Positions 34,101 through 46,289 of a stretch of DNA of 64,000 bases are shown in pieces; position 1 is the first letter of the stretch, and every line of letters starts with the position of its first letter. The notes under the pieces were generated by a model. It made no database searches. It was not told where the DNA came from and saw nothing but the letters and a program-made list of their open reading frames with translations. This DNA is from Eutreptiella sp. 'Long Island Sound 2002' (taxonomy: Eukaryota > Protista > Euglenida), in assembly GCA_964036045.1 (NCBI GenBank), contig OZ038378.1, positions 15,686,001 to 15,750,000 of the forward strand, given 5' to 3'. A program made the translations under genes and the position numbers.

Positions 34101-37100
34101 CCCTGCACCCCCACCCCCCCCTGCCGCCCTTAGGGGCCTCCGGCCAACAGTTAGTTGCCAAAGGTGTCACCCTTAGGTGTCCATGGTCGCCAAAGGCGCC
34201 CGATGCTCCATGAACACCAAAGGTGCCCTAAGGAAAATTTTTTCTACTTTGCACCCCAACACTTTCCTGAAACCCAACCTTGACTCTAACGCCCACCCCC
34301 AACCCTCAGCCTACTCCTAACCCTACACCTAACCCTAAGCCTAACCCTAGCCCTAACCCTAGCCCTAGCTCTCACCCTAGGCTAGTGTCAGAGTGAGTGT
34401 TGGGGTCCAAAATGGAGAGCAATGATGTGGCAAAAGCAGCCATGAACAAAGTTTGGGGGATCTTGTTCAGCCCAATCAGCATGGCTGGCATGGCCAAACC
34501 AGCTGGCTGCAAAGGTTAGGGTGAGGTTTATGGTGATGGTATGGTTAGAGGGAGGGCAAGGAGAGGTAAGGGGAGCCTGTGCCCCCCCCCCCCCCCCCCA
34601 CCCCACCCCAAATCGCCCCACCTGAAACCCCCCCCCCCAACCAACCCTCCCGGAGCTCCGGTCGCCCGTCGTCTGGGCGAGCAGTCGGGGTCCCCTCTAC
34701 CCGCGGTTTGCTGGCGTGGCGTGAGGCGTGCGGGCGTGGGCACCCGTTGCTTCCCCGGCTGTGCGCCCCTCTTGGCCGCTTTTGCGCTCCGCGGGGGGCG
34801 GCGGGAGACTGTCCGGCGGGGGGGGTATCCTGCCGCGGTGAGGGGTGCCTGAACACAGACACTTGCCCTCCCCGGCCCATGTGCTCCTCCCTGAACCCCC
34901 CCACTCCAATGCCCCCCCCCAAAGGGGCCTCCGACCAACAGTTAGTTGGGGGGGTAGTTGGCGTCCAGAACCAAGGGGTCGCCCCCCCGGGGCCCTGCGC
35001 GCCCCACGCAGCAGGATTCCCTCAAGGGCATTCTCATGTAGCCCCCTCCCCCTTGGGTCTCCTGTGCATGAGGGAGCCCCCATGTACACATCTCCAGCCC
35101 ACAGACGTAGTGAATTTCAGCATCACAGCCCGGGTACGTCTGCCATCCGTCAGCATGTGCTCACCGCCCCCATGTTGCGCATTTCTCATGTGTGGACGGG
35201 GGGCCAACACGAGCCGAGCGCGTTTGACGACAGCACAGTCCACCCGCGCCGAATGCGCCCTTGGCCTGTGTGTGCTCTGCCTGTGCGTCGTTCATTTGTG
35301 GTGCAGGTCGGGGAGGTGATGTGCAGCCCTTTTGTGGCCGTGACCTTTGCCAGCAATTTCATTGGGGACTACCTCACGAGCCTCGTCAAGGCCCTGATCG
35401 ACGTGCAATTCAGCATCTGCTTCTACGCCAGCGGCAGTTGGCGCACGCTGGACACGCAGTACTGCACCTCCGACCCCTGGATCCCGTTCTTCATCACCCT
35501 CCTGCCATTGACCTGGCGGATGCTGCAGTGCCTGCGCCGATTTTATGATGACGGCAAACGGTGTTGCCATGTCGTTGCACCCGCGCATCCCTGCGGCCCG
35601 CACTCTGTTGGCGAAGGGACCGGACCGGGCATTCCCAATGTGCTGGCGGGTACCAACGACGGCTTGGGGGGGCCTCGGGGGATGGAGTCCCATGAGCACT
35701 CCTGACCTGCGAGCGCACCGCAAGGCGTGATGCGCCGCGGGGCCTGAACAGCTTGCCCCCCCCCCCCCCCCACCCCTGAGTCCAATGCGCCGTATGAACA
35801 GGGATCGTCCTGGGCCACCCCACGGGGGGTGTTTCGGATGCCTTTGAGGCAAGGCTTGAGCCAGACCTCCACCATCGCCATGGGTTTGGTGCAACGGCTT
35901 CGTCCAGCAGCTCAGCTCGCGGGTTTGGGGTGTCTGGTCCCGCGACTGGTCAAGATATCGCACCTCAGGCCCGCCCCCACAACATTGGGGTCTTCGGGGG
36001 AGTGCCGGCTTTCCTCTCGAACGGGGATGGCACCCCCTTGCGGGGGTTGGGGCCTGGGGTGTCATCGTTCCCTGGGAGGGCGCCTGTTCGTGTCGCCGGA
36101 GGTGTGCGCGAGGGCCTGAGTTTCCTTGGCTGTTGGTGTCTGCAAAAGGGCAGGACCCCTTACCCCTTCAGGAACGATACCTGCGGTCGCTGTCATGGTC
36201 ATCTGCGGGGTCAAGGGCTGTGATATGCGAAGGGAGAAGAGCAAGAGCACGCGGTACACTGGGACCTCAGCAGAGCACTGGCCGACGGTTCCAGATTCTA
36301 GGGGCACACGCCATCGGTCGAGCGGCGAACGCCGTCGGTGTACCACGATCATGCCACCTTAAGCGGCTTGGGCAAGGGAGATGCGTGCGGGTGCGGTGTG
36401 CTGAAGAGAGAGACACATGCGCGGTGCGCGCATTTTCGACACGTGCGGACAACATTTTCTTTCCCCTTGTGTTTGTTTCCGCACCTCACCACCATCCTCC
36501 CCTCCCCCGTGGTGAGCCCGTGTGCCGCCGCTGCGGGACAGGGCGCCAGGCCAGGTTGCGATGGCTGGGGTGTGGGCGGCTGCAAGCACCAGTGGTGGGG
36601 AGGTAGAGTGGAGGCCTTCGTTGTTGTATGCTAACCCCTGAGGCCACCCTGAAAATACACAGAAATTCCAGAGATGGGCTGGTAGACACGCACTCGCCGC
36701 GCGCGCGGTGCATGTGTGTCTCTCCAAGCCCAGCCACAATGCGTGTTTCCTGCTGCGGCACCTTACTACAAGAGCCGGCTGCTTGTCAGGCGTTTTTGAG
36801 GTGCCCCGCAGCCACTGGCCTTGCCCGTCGTGCCCCAAGCCCATCTGCAATCTGCGGTGGTGACGCGCGTATATCCGCTATCGTCTGTTTCATTGTTTTG
36901 GCGGTCGTCCCCCTTCGGGACCCCCGGGTGCGTTGCAGTGTACGCGCCCGCGCTGCAGCCCCTGCCCCAAGGGCCAGAGTCCGGGCGGGTGGCACGATGG
37001 ATCACAGGAATGCCTCCCACCAAACCCCTCCTCCAGGGCCCATTTGGTGAACTTCGGCAAGTACGCCACCTCCGTCGCCGCCGTCGTCATCGGCTCGGCG

Positions 37101-38349
37101 CATCCGGACTTCACCTCGGCCTCCAGCTACTGGCCCATGCAGCGGGTGCTGTACATCGTCCTCCTGGTGGCCTCCACTGTGTACTCGTTCGCGTGGGACA
37201 TTCTGATGGATTTCGCGTATTTCCAGCGCAAGCCCGACGGCACTTGGGCGCCTCGCAAGCTGATCGTAGGCCCCAGCCGCAAGTACCTGATGACCCTGGA
37301 CCTCATCGGCCGCTGCGCCTGGGGCTATACCATCATCGTCAGGCCGCCGGGCGACAGGTACTGCCCGGAGGGGCCCGGGGCCGGCGCTTGTGCGAGTTTT
37401 GTTGAGTGGAGGGTGTTGGGCTGCGCCCTGTCGTTGCCCCTCTCAGCAACAGGGGGCAAGCAAGCACAGCGGTGCGCTGGAGGGCCAGGGAGGCCGGGGA
37501 GGGATTTCCAGAGCGGCTTCAAAAGCGGTTAGTGGCGGAAGTGCTGGCGGCTGCACAATCCGTTGGCGGCAGATCAAAGCAGTTGGGACGGGGCTGGCCG
37601 GCACCCGGGGGCCTCAGGGAACCCGCCCCCAGCCCCCCCAAAACGGTCAGGCAGGTGCAATGCAGCAACGGTACCGCAACGCAAACAAGTTGTTTGATTG
37701 CGTGATCAATTGTTTGATGTAATTCATTGGCAAACTCAAACTGCGTACGCCCGGGTGTACCAACCGGCACACGGACTCGGCCTTGATGCCCCCCACCCCC
37801 GCACCCGACCACACCACCTGACTGCTTTGCGTGGGGCACGCCATGCCCCCCGGTCAGGACCATGGAATGACATGGTGTGTGTGTGTGTGCGTGAGTGTGG
37901 GCCGGAAGCCCCGGACGTGACGCCGACCAGGGTCCCCAGGGAGTGTGGGTATGGAAACTTCACCCGCCAGTCTCGGACTGGGTCAGTGGTGGTTTGCGTG
38001 GCTCCGAGTCCTGGCGACGTGTCTGGCAGGTGTTGGACACACTCCCATCCCATCCCATCCCCCACCCGACCAGCCCCGCTCTGCTGTTGTGTACCACGCG
38101 TGGCGCAGGTTCCAAGTCGCCTTGACAGTGTTTGTCACGGCGGTCGTGGAGGTGTTCCGGCGGTCCCTCTGGGCGGCCATCCGCATCGGCAATGAGCACT
38201 ACAACAACGCGTCGGCGTACCGCGTGGTGAAGGAGATGCCGTCCCTTCCTCTGGACACCGCCGGCTGCCTCCGCGGGGATGCTACTGCGGAATGGGGCAA
38301 GCTCGCGTTTGAGGGAGCGCTGGATCGTGGAAAATCGGCCCCTGTGTAA
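27741..38349 (+). CDS. XPR1: SPX-EXS domain phosphate exporter (XPR1/SYG1/PHO1 family), 7 exons, about 685 aa
   Basis: Exons 27741-28187, 30223-30495, 31051-31428, 32076-32219, 35307-35560, 37037-37357 and 38109-38349; all GT-AG and phase-consistent (2058 nt). SPX start EEWKDRYIDF, RYRVNYPFIL, PFNIMYRHTRWW, and EXS motifs GDYLTS, QCLRRFYD, HLVNFGKY, YSFAWDILMDF and EVFRRSLWAAIRIGNEH. Confidence 0.92.
28970..29155. mobile_element. Small G/C-tract-ended MITE-like element with (GCAATTTTCC)n internal repeats
   Basis: Flanked by GGCGACAG (28962-28969, 29156-29163); same family as 33372-33830. Confidence 0.65.
30223..30495 (+). CDS. XPR1: SPX-EXS exon 2 (SPX C-terminus)
   Basis: LTSYCSLNSVIF; phase 0 at both ends. 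An alternative in-frame acceptor exists at 30240. Confidence 0.75.
31051..31428 (+). CDS. XPR1: SPX-EXS exon 3 (TM1-3)
   Basis: Acceptor CTTTCTTTATGATAG; PVFRG...RYRVNYPFIL. Confidence 0.88.
32076..32219 (+). CDS. XPR1: SPX-EXS exon 4
   Basis: 48 codons VKHGVIV...CPFNIMYRHTRWWILRQ between TAG and GT. Confidence 0.85.
32271..32333 (+). repeat. (ATGTG)n microsatellite
   Basis: About 12 perfect units. Confidence 0.95.
32920..34020 (+). repeat. Dispersed repeat family copy, interrupted by a MITE at 33372-33830
   Basis: 33175-33371 plus 33831-33860 is the reverse complement of the contiguous 46755-46980; 33860-34015 matches 46308-46432. Confidence 0.75.
33372..33830. mobile_element. G/C-tract-ended MITE-like insertion with GCAATTTT repeats and an approximate 8-bp TSD
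   Basis: Flanked by GAACTCAT and GAAGTCAT; the uninterrupted site GCTGGAACTCATTCCCATGTGG is present in reverse near 46770-46795. Confidence 0.65.
34054..34992. mobile_element. Second copy of the 4501-9932 MITE family, containing the empty telomere-like tract
   Basis: Ends CACGGGGGG...CCCCCCCGGG, flanked by (G)CCCTGCGC on both sides. 34271-34378 aligns with 4710-4787 joined to 9707-9735; GGAGCCTGTGCCCCC and CTCCCTGAAC...CTCCAATGCCCC segments are also shared. Confidence 0.7.
35307..35560 (+). CDS. XPR1: SPX-EXS exon 5 (EXS)
   Basis: NFIGDYLTS...MLQCLRRFYDD; ends in phase 2. Confidence 0.9.
37037..37357 (+). CDS. XPR1: SPX-EXS exon 6 (EXS)
   Basis: AHLVNFGKY...YSFAWDILMDF...DLIGRCAW; phase 2 at both ends. 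Confidence 0.9.
38109..38349 (+). CDS. XPR1: SPX-EXS exon 7 (EXS end)
   Basis: EVFRRSLWAAIRIGNEHYNN; TAA at 38347-38349, though a further exon is possible (see findings). Confidence 0.85.
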
Positions 38350-40979
38350 GCGATGATCAGCAGTAGCCGAATGGGGCCCGTCCCCCCTCATTTGAATGAA
38401 AAGGCCCGGCAGGACCCCCAGATCGCCCCTATCCACGGGCATCGCACGGTCCTTCCAAAGGATTGGGGGGGTTGCAGGCGCGCTGCCCCGAATGGAAGGG
38501 CTCTCCGCATGAAGTGGAGTGGCGGTCCCATGCGACCTCACTGGAGCCTAAGTGTGAGGCCAAGCCCCCCCCCCCCCCCCACGCCCGCCCACCGTCTGCA
38601 AACCACAAATTAAAAAAAACAAGACCGCCAGAGATGGCGCCGTGTGAAAACGGGTGTCAGTTCCGCAAAAGGTGTGTGCGTGTGCTCGTGTGTGTGCGTG
38701 TTCAAGCGCAGCAGCGGACCAGGGAGGGGCGTGGCGTACAACGGTGCCTGCAGTGCCCCCCCAAATGCCCAAAAACCTTCGGCGGAGATTCGGCACCAGT
38801 TTGCAAACCCAAAACGTCCCCATCCGACAATACCCGCCCCTGCCCCTGCGTCTGTACGGACCATGAGTTGTGATCAGTGGGGGAGTGGGCACTGGTGACG
38901 CTGTCATCGACTTTTGACGCCCGCGTGAATCGTGAAGACTCTGGCAGAGTCTGCGTGCAGTGGGGCGGGGGGGTCAGAGCCCACTGTCTCTCACAAACAG
39001 AACGATCCGGCAGCCCCTCCCTGTCTTCGCGTCGGGCTCCCATTGCAATGGAACTTCGCTCCGGTTTTCTCTGTAAGTGCAACCGCCCCACGCCAGAGGC
39101 AGTCCCACCGCCGCGGGGCACGGGCGCCGCGAGGACGTGGGCAAGTCCGTGGGCTACAGCAAAGGCGAACAGACAAAGTACGGAAGCAATCCGGATGATC
39201 CACCCCCCGCCCCCCGGGCCCCTCGCGCAAGCACAGCCCTCGTCTACGCAGGGCCATCCCGTGTGACCGTTGGTTTTGCGATCGGAGTCTGTGTGATCGA
39301 GAACGTGTGATAACACGGATGTGGGGCTCTGGCCGGGGGAGGGAAGAGGGGCTGGGTCATGCATGTCGGAGTTATCGCTGCTCACAGCACTGCAGTGCAC
39401 CCCCAGTGCTGCGTGCGCTGCTGTGGACTGGGAACGTGGGGTGAGCCCACAATCGTCCGCGTGCTGCGCCTTGTCCGAGAAAGGCCTCCAAGTCTGATCC
39501 GGGTTTCCACCTCCGCTGCGGCGCTGCTTCCGCAAGGGGGAGGGGGGGGGGGGGGGGGGCTGGGCCAAGCCTCAGGCGGGGCGGGTACACACCGCTAGTG
39601 ACACCGGGGGGCTGTGCCAGCTCAGCCGCTCAGCCCCCGCTCTGCAGTCCAAGGCACGTTCCCTCTCTCCGCCGGCAGACCCGGAGGGGCCGACATCCGG
39701 GACTACGCATGCGATGCGCACTGAGCGGGATGCGCAGAGCGCGGTCCCCGCCTGAGGACGCATGCCCTGGTCGTGGACCGACCCTCTTTTGATCTGCAGA
39801 GTGAGGGCTGAGGGGCTGTCTGCGCTTCTTGAAGGGGGTGGCTGCACGACGTACCTCCTCCCCCTTGTGCAAACATGGCCATGGGCAAACAGCCCAGAGG
39901 ATGTGCTGTTTCTGTCACAATTTTGGACCACGGAATTGAGGAATCGTCTCTTTTGTTGAGCCCAATGTGGAGCATCGCGGCTTACACAAGTGCAGCCCTC
40001 GTGCAAGTTCTGCGCCCCCCTCATGTACGGCAGTGGAGCCCACGGCAAACAGTAGAATGGCATACCTCATGCCGTGGAGTGCCGGTGCCCTGGGCCGCAA
40101 CCTTTTCACGGATCAGCTCTACTGGGGAGGATGCGTTTGGATTGCAGACATCCCCCCCATCGCGTGCAAGGGCCCCGGAGACGAAAATTCATGGGGGCGT
40201 TTGGGTTTCACAGGGTACATTTGGTTTTCGTCGCGCAGGTTGGCACTACAGGGTGCCAGATGCGAGTGGCAGCGACGTGCACAGACAGTTTCATATATCA
40301 CCGACGCACTCTGTGGGCAACTACAGGCATTTGGTGAATGGGTTGGGGTAGGTCTGTTTTTTGTGTGGCTGTGCGTGTGTATGGGTAAGTGTGGAAGTGT
40401 GCGTATGGTTTGCGCTTGTGTGAACGGGTTTGTGCGCAGTGGTTGGGTGTGTTGTTGGGCAGAATGTTTGTGCCAGTGGTGGGCACACACTCTATGACAA
40501 CTCATATCCATTGACCCAGCCCCCAATTGATTGCATGCTCAAGTCACAAGGCGAGGGCAAATTAATATTGGGCCCAGAGAAGCCCACAGAACGCATCGTT
40601 TCATGCCCCTCCAGCCTCACGAGTACCGATACACACGTCCACGTCATTGTACAGACAGGGATGACAGCCACCATTGGTGCAGAACCCAGTCAATCAGGAC
40701 AGGTTGCAGCCCTGAGGCTACCAATGCATCGATTCGGTCCTGCATCATTCGACGATTTTGGATTTCGTTTCGGCCTTTGTGCACTATTTTGATACATTGC
40801 CTCGTGTCATTTTGTTGTTGTGTGTGTTGGTTAGTCGCCGTGTGGGGATCATTTAGACAAACCTCGCCCTGTTCCAGGGGGGTGAGAAAGTTCTAGGGTA
40901 GACGTCCTTTTTCTGCAGGGTACTGGGAGATGTAGTTGACTGGGTGAAATTATGCCGCCAGTAAGTTTTGTCCAAACCC

Positions 40980-41345
40980 AAAACGGGGGCAAGGAAACCA
41001 AAGTGGCAACATAACCCTTGCGATATTAGAGCCCAAAACAAGGACAAAAAAAATGAAAGTGGCGATGTAACCCGTGCCGTCTCGGGGACCCCAAAGCAGG
41101 GGAAGCAATTAAAATGGCTTCGTAACCCCCACCGTCTTGGCAACCCCAAAGGGAAAGACATCAGAGTGGCTACAAAACCCCTACCGTCCCCGTGACCCCA
41201 AAGTGGGGGAAGAAATCAAAGTGGCCAGGTGACCTCTGCCGCCTAGGGGACCCCAAAGCAGGGAAAGAAATCTAACTGGCCATGTAACCCCTGCCATCTC
41301 TGGGACCCCAATGGTAGGAATGAAATGAAGCTCGCTACGTAACTG
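40980..41345 (+). repeat. Degenerate ~57-bp minisatellite (AAAGTGGC....TAACCC...CCGTC...GGGACCCCAAAG), about 6 units
   Basis: Seen directly; reverse-orientation relatives at about 17320-17530, 52545-52900 and 58400-58495. Confidence 0.7.
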
Positions 41346-43334
41346 TTGCCAGTAACTATTACTAGGTACCTCAAGCCCTACCATCATAAGTCACTCCGGC
41401 GTTTGTTTGGGCCAGTCCTCGCCTGGTTGCCCAGCACCGTATACTATGTCGTTTTGCCCACAGGTTGCGGTGGATGGGGGCCAGCCTTCAACTTTTCCAT
41501 GTGGAGTCTCCTCTCAATTTTGCGGACCCCATCAGTAGGGTGTTGGACGCACGAGACCCCAAATCCATCATCCTTGAGGCTCATGCCAGGCAAAATCTGT
41601 ACTATAAGCAAGGGCCACACATTTGCTAGGGCTCAATTGCTGACAGAGCTACATATGTTCAGTGTCCAGTTTACTTGTAATTCTGGCTGTCATGATTTTT
41701 TCCCCCATATCCAGTGGAGCTAATCTGTGGCTTTGTGCTGGAGTTCCGTGTACTCGTCAGTGCAGGGAGGGTCAAGTCGGCTGCATAGGTGCAAGATTCG
41801 GGTCGCAGACACACAGTTATTCAAATAGATTTAGTTTTGCCACCCGACGGGGGGGGGTGGGGTTGGATATGATAGTGGCATGAGGTCCAGTGCTTGTGTG
41901 TGTGTGTGTGTGTGTGTGTGCGTTGCTGGATTAACTCTGTACGACAGTTGATGATTCTTTGCTGCTAGTCAGCCCAGCCCCCGTGGGGGCCACTGTTACA
42001 TGCCAACCAAAGGTACATGCCTTCTTGGTACATAGCTCAATCCCACTGTCGAGCAGCTCTGTCCCACAGACTAGGTACCGCCAGCCCTGGCCGATGGGGT
42101 GTGCAAGGTGGGGCTCACTCATGTCGTCGGAGTGCTGACGGGTGGGGATTCCAGAGCAAGGGCACCACTCAGAATTCCTCTCCTAGGGGCAGTGATGCTG
42201 TGTGTGGCCGCATTCACCGGCGTGCTGCTACAAGTCTACAAAATCAGTAAAGCGGCCGCTGAGTAATGTGCATTCCCCAAGCAGACTCCCCTCATTACCG
42301 GCCTGTAGCACCTGCCACATTCCGGCCATTGGTGTCTCACAAAGACATCTATTAATCCCAAGCTGAAGATGCCGCTGCACCCGCCGCTCAGCACCGGCAA
42401 GCAGTACAGTACACAGGGACAACGTCACCGCCTTCTGCTTCAGCAAAGGAGGCCAATGGCAGAGACACGTTCCACATACCCACAGGGGACACATGCGCAC
42501 GCAGGCCGGCGTGCACAAACCAGGCAGAAACTTACAGAGCAAGAATTTCCAAGGTCATCAGACACATGGGGAGTACTCTCCAATACAGCATACAGTGGTA
42601 ACCTGGCGTTCTTGTGGTGCAGGCTGGAAAAAAAAAGATGCCAGGCAGTGCATAGTCTCCAGAATTGCTCCACAGAGGGAGCCTGCCATTACCAGACCGC
42701 ATGTTGTTGCACCGATTGAACAACAGACCAATGCTACGCACACCCCCAACACACCAGAAGACGCACGGTATGTTTCCATGAAGTGTCCACAGCCTTGTTC
42801 AACAGGGGTACCCAAACCAGACCCAAACCCTGCACAAACTGGTTTGGGATGTTGTCGTTGTTGTCATTGTTGTTGTTGTTGCATCGTTCAACACGTCATG
42901 GTCAAATGGTGACCCATAGTTGGTCATTGCGCAGGGTTGGGGGGGGGGGGTACATAAGGCGTCCCTGGGGATGCGGGGTGGATCTCCTTGTGTTCGTTGG
43001 TGGCCGCTCTCAATCGGTAAGGCTTGCTGCCAATGTCACACGACCATCTAGAATACACCATCCCAAATTCCCCATCCCCTAAACTCCCTCCCACACTCCA
43101 TGTCAACTGTGTCAACCGACAAGCAGAGTGGTTGGGGCGCACCGAAAAGTTTTTTTCCGTGCCTGCGGTGCACATTGAAGTTGCAGGCTTGTGATCGCAA
43201 CAGAAACAGCACCATGAGACCGTGAGGTGCGTTGCTTGGGGCCAAAAAAGTTTTCCCGCCTCCCTTCTGATGGTCGACCAGATCAAATGGATCGTTGCAA
43301 ATGGATTGATCTACAATTTGTTTGACACCTCGCC

Positions 43335-44249
43335 ATGTCAGCCTCCGCCGACTCTAGCGAATGTCCGGCTGTGACTGTCTCCGAATGGGGTGGTGAGGAT
43401 GTGATGGAGCCTTTTCCGGATCTCGATAAGAGAGCGAAGACTGTGTGGATAGAAAGCTCTCAATCGCAGCCATTTTCCAGCGCTGCGGCACTACCTCGTG
43501 CCGAGTACGCCTCGTTCCTCAAAGCACTGTCGGAGGACGAGAGCCTCACAGTAGTACACGAGCAAGACAACTTCCTGACGGAGCAGAACGAGGTCACCGG
43601 GGACGGTCTGGCTTGGGGTCGCGTGCGCCGTTACGAAAAGGCCATCATTTCCCCCAAACCCGCCACATCCGTCGTGTACGAGGACGCGGTCGGCATCGGT
43701 CTCATGGACCCCTCCTCGGGTCCAGGCACGCCCGGGCCCAAACCCCTCGTGTCCTGCTTCCCCGTGCAACAGTCCGTGAAGGCAGCCGCCGCCGATGCGT
43801 GGGTTCGTGTGTTGGGAGTTGTCAAGTACGCCAACGTGTCGTTCGGGATCATGCAGGAGTACGATGGCGACGGCTTTGTGGTGGCGCTCCGGGGCGGGGA
43901 GCTGCGGCCGCTGTTCATGTTGGAGGTGATCATGGCGTTCTCCGACGCCCTTTACCGCCAGACGCACGCGATGTGGATAGGGGCGCGGTACGCCAAGTTC
44001 CGGCACCGCTTCGCGACGTGGACGGTCCCGGTGGTGTCGGACCTCGGGCCCCGGGCCTCGGCCTTCCACGACTGCCTGAAGGCCGCGTTCACGCAGATGG
44101 GCCACCCGCAGGTCGGGGCGGCCGTTGTGCAGCAGCTCGAGCGCGTGAAGGACGGCTTTGCGTCCGCCAGCGCCACGAAGTTGTTGGAGGACGCAAAGGC
44201 CTCCGCCGAGGCACATGCGGCGGCCTTGCGCAAAGCGTTGGAGGAATGA
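43335..44249 (+). CDS. Intronless hypothetical protein, 304 aa
   Basis: Long ATG-TGA ORF with the strong third-position G/C bias of the neighbouring host exons and a helical, Ala-rich C-terminus. No family recognised. Confidence 0.8.
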   Translation: MSASADSSECPAVTVSEWGGEDVMEPFPDLDKRAKTVWIESSQSQPFSSAAALPRAEYASFLKALSEDESLTVVHEQDNFLTEQNEVTGDGLAWGRVRRYEKAIISPKPATSVVYEDAVGIGLMDPSSGPGTPGPKPLVSCFPVQQSVKAAAADAWVRVLGVVKYANVSFGIMQEYDGDGFVVALRGGELRPLFMLEVIMAFSDALYRQTHAMWIGARYAKFRHRFATWTVPVVSDLGPRASAFHDCLKAAFTQMGHPQVGAAVVQQLERVKDGFASASATKLLEDAKASAEAHAAALRKALEE

Positions 44250-46289
44250 TCGAGGCCCGGCTGAACGGGGGGTGCGGCGGGGGGGACGCCTCGTGCGCGG
44301 CCCCCTTTGTGCCGTCGGCCCCGTGTCAAAGCCCCATTGCGACGGGCCTCTGCAGGGGAAGGCCAAGTCGATTGCCGTTGAAAGGGCTGCCTCCCCGCTT
44401 CATCGCCCGCCTCAATGCACCAGAGCCGCTGTCCCTGTGCTGCCTTACCCATTTGGACCCTGAGAACTGCACGTCACGTGAGGCTTGCGGGCGACGGCCC
44501 GGGATGGGGTGCCTCGGGGGCAGGGGGGCTGTGTGCATGAGGAGCTACAGATCATGTCTTCCCCCATCCCTCCATCTCTAAGCCAACAGGCACACCCCCG
44601 GGCACCCACAGACATTCGTGAAGGGACGCATGCCCTTGAATAGGGCCCGCAGTCCGATTGCGGCGGCGTGAACGTGGCCAACCCGCTGATCCCCGCAACA
44701 TATCCATTTACCACGGGCCCGTTTGGTGGTACCAATGCTCTCTCCCCTTGATGCCCCAGTGCGGCCTATCCTGTCGGGGGCCGGGCGGCGGGGCTTGGGG
44801 GCTGTCACGGCTTCGCCAGACCTGGGGTTTGTACTTTGGAGAGCAGCGTGGAGGCGAGGGTGAACCGGGAAATGGATGCCAAGAGTGTGGGGTGCGGGGA
44901 GGCCAGGGTCTCGCCCAAAAATCAGGTCAACAACGCTATACCATTGCCCTCTGTGCCGTGGCTGCACATGGGCAATCTGGCCGGACGGGTCCTGGGCCTA
45001 CGAGCATTTTGGCTCCCTTGGACCGTGGCACTGGTCCCCCCTGATGCTGCAGCATGGCACGCTCAGGGAGTGCCATGCCCCACGGGGGGTAGCAACGAAT
45101 CGGCCCCGCAGTGCTTGCGCAGGCGCAGGTGCCGCTGGTTGCTCACGCTGACGGTCTGTAGACCCTGGAGCACGAGTGCAGAGCCGTGTGCGGCGGGAGG
45201 AGGCGGCAGCAAAGGCTGTCTGCTGACCCGAGAGTGCCCAGCACCGCGAGCTGGCACGCAGCACAGGTCCTACCCTGAACCCAGGGGCCCGTCCGCCAAG
45301 GGTTTTGCTGCACCTCAAACCAGCACCAAATACAGAGTCAATGGTCATGCAACGCAGGCTACAGCGCAGCATCGGAGGTAGTGCAAGGCCAATATGATTG
45401 CTGCCATGCCTGTCACCAGCATCACGTTCTCCAATTAGTCCTTTTGCCCCACGCAGCAGTGCCCCCTGGAGCCGTCCAATTTGGTCCCTGTGTTGTTGCC
45501 TTGACGAAGGGCCGGGCTAATGGGGGGAGGACACCCCCCCCTCCCCCTCTTCGGCAACAAACAGCAACACTCTGTAACATGTGGTGTGCCTCTGCAACAA
45601 ACGTTCGTCCACAAAGTGCATGACAAGGGCACGCACGAGCAGCGTGGCAACTGCTTTGTGGCCGTATTATACCTAAGGCCTTCCAGTCTGCCCCTCTGGG
45701 CCCTTGAGTTCCACTTGTTTATACAGTAGCATCCTGATCAAGGCACCCGCATGCAGAGGCCCTTACTCTACCATATTTTGAGTCCGTGAGGATAGAGGGT
45801 AGGCTATGCTGCGACCTGACAGTCTCTCTCTGACGTTCTGCGGACGGCACAAAGCACAAACTTCGCGAATTCTGCTCTCTCTCAGACTTGAAACACGTCC
45901 TTTGCTGGGGATGCTCTGCTGCGTGCCCTGTGTTCTGATCTGGCTCGGGGTTTGTGCTTGTGCTAGGGAATTATCGTGTGTTGATGTCCCAAGTGGGGCC
46001 TGAGATGAGGCCCAGCCTTCCGCTGGGACATCAGGAAAGGCAGTAGGGACCAGCGTGGGTGCGAGTACAATAGGTCCACTGAAGGGACCTCAGCCTTGTC
46101 ATGGTGTGCCGGTGAACCTAGAAGCCAAGAGGCACATGAGGCGGACCCTATGGTAACACTATCTGAATTGGGCCATAGCAGGGAGGGGCCACGAAGCATG
46201 ACTGCCAACAACTGTGACCCTGCCCCGGCAGCCACTCCGTAGTATCATTACAAGACGCCTGCCATCACACTACCGGATAATATGCGGAA

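Noticed and set aside
41350-42480. Possible additional LINE remnants (SPSKCVAL and LRYL on the minus strand; CSTC...H on the plus strand)
   Set aside because: Motifs too short and interrupted to support a call without a profile search.
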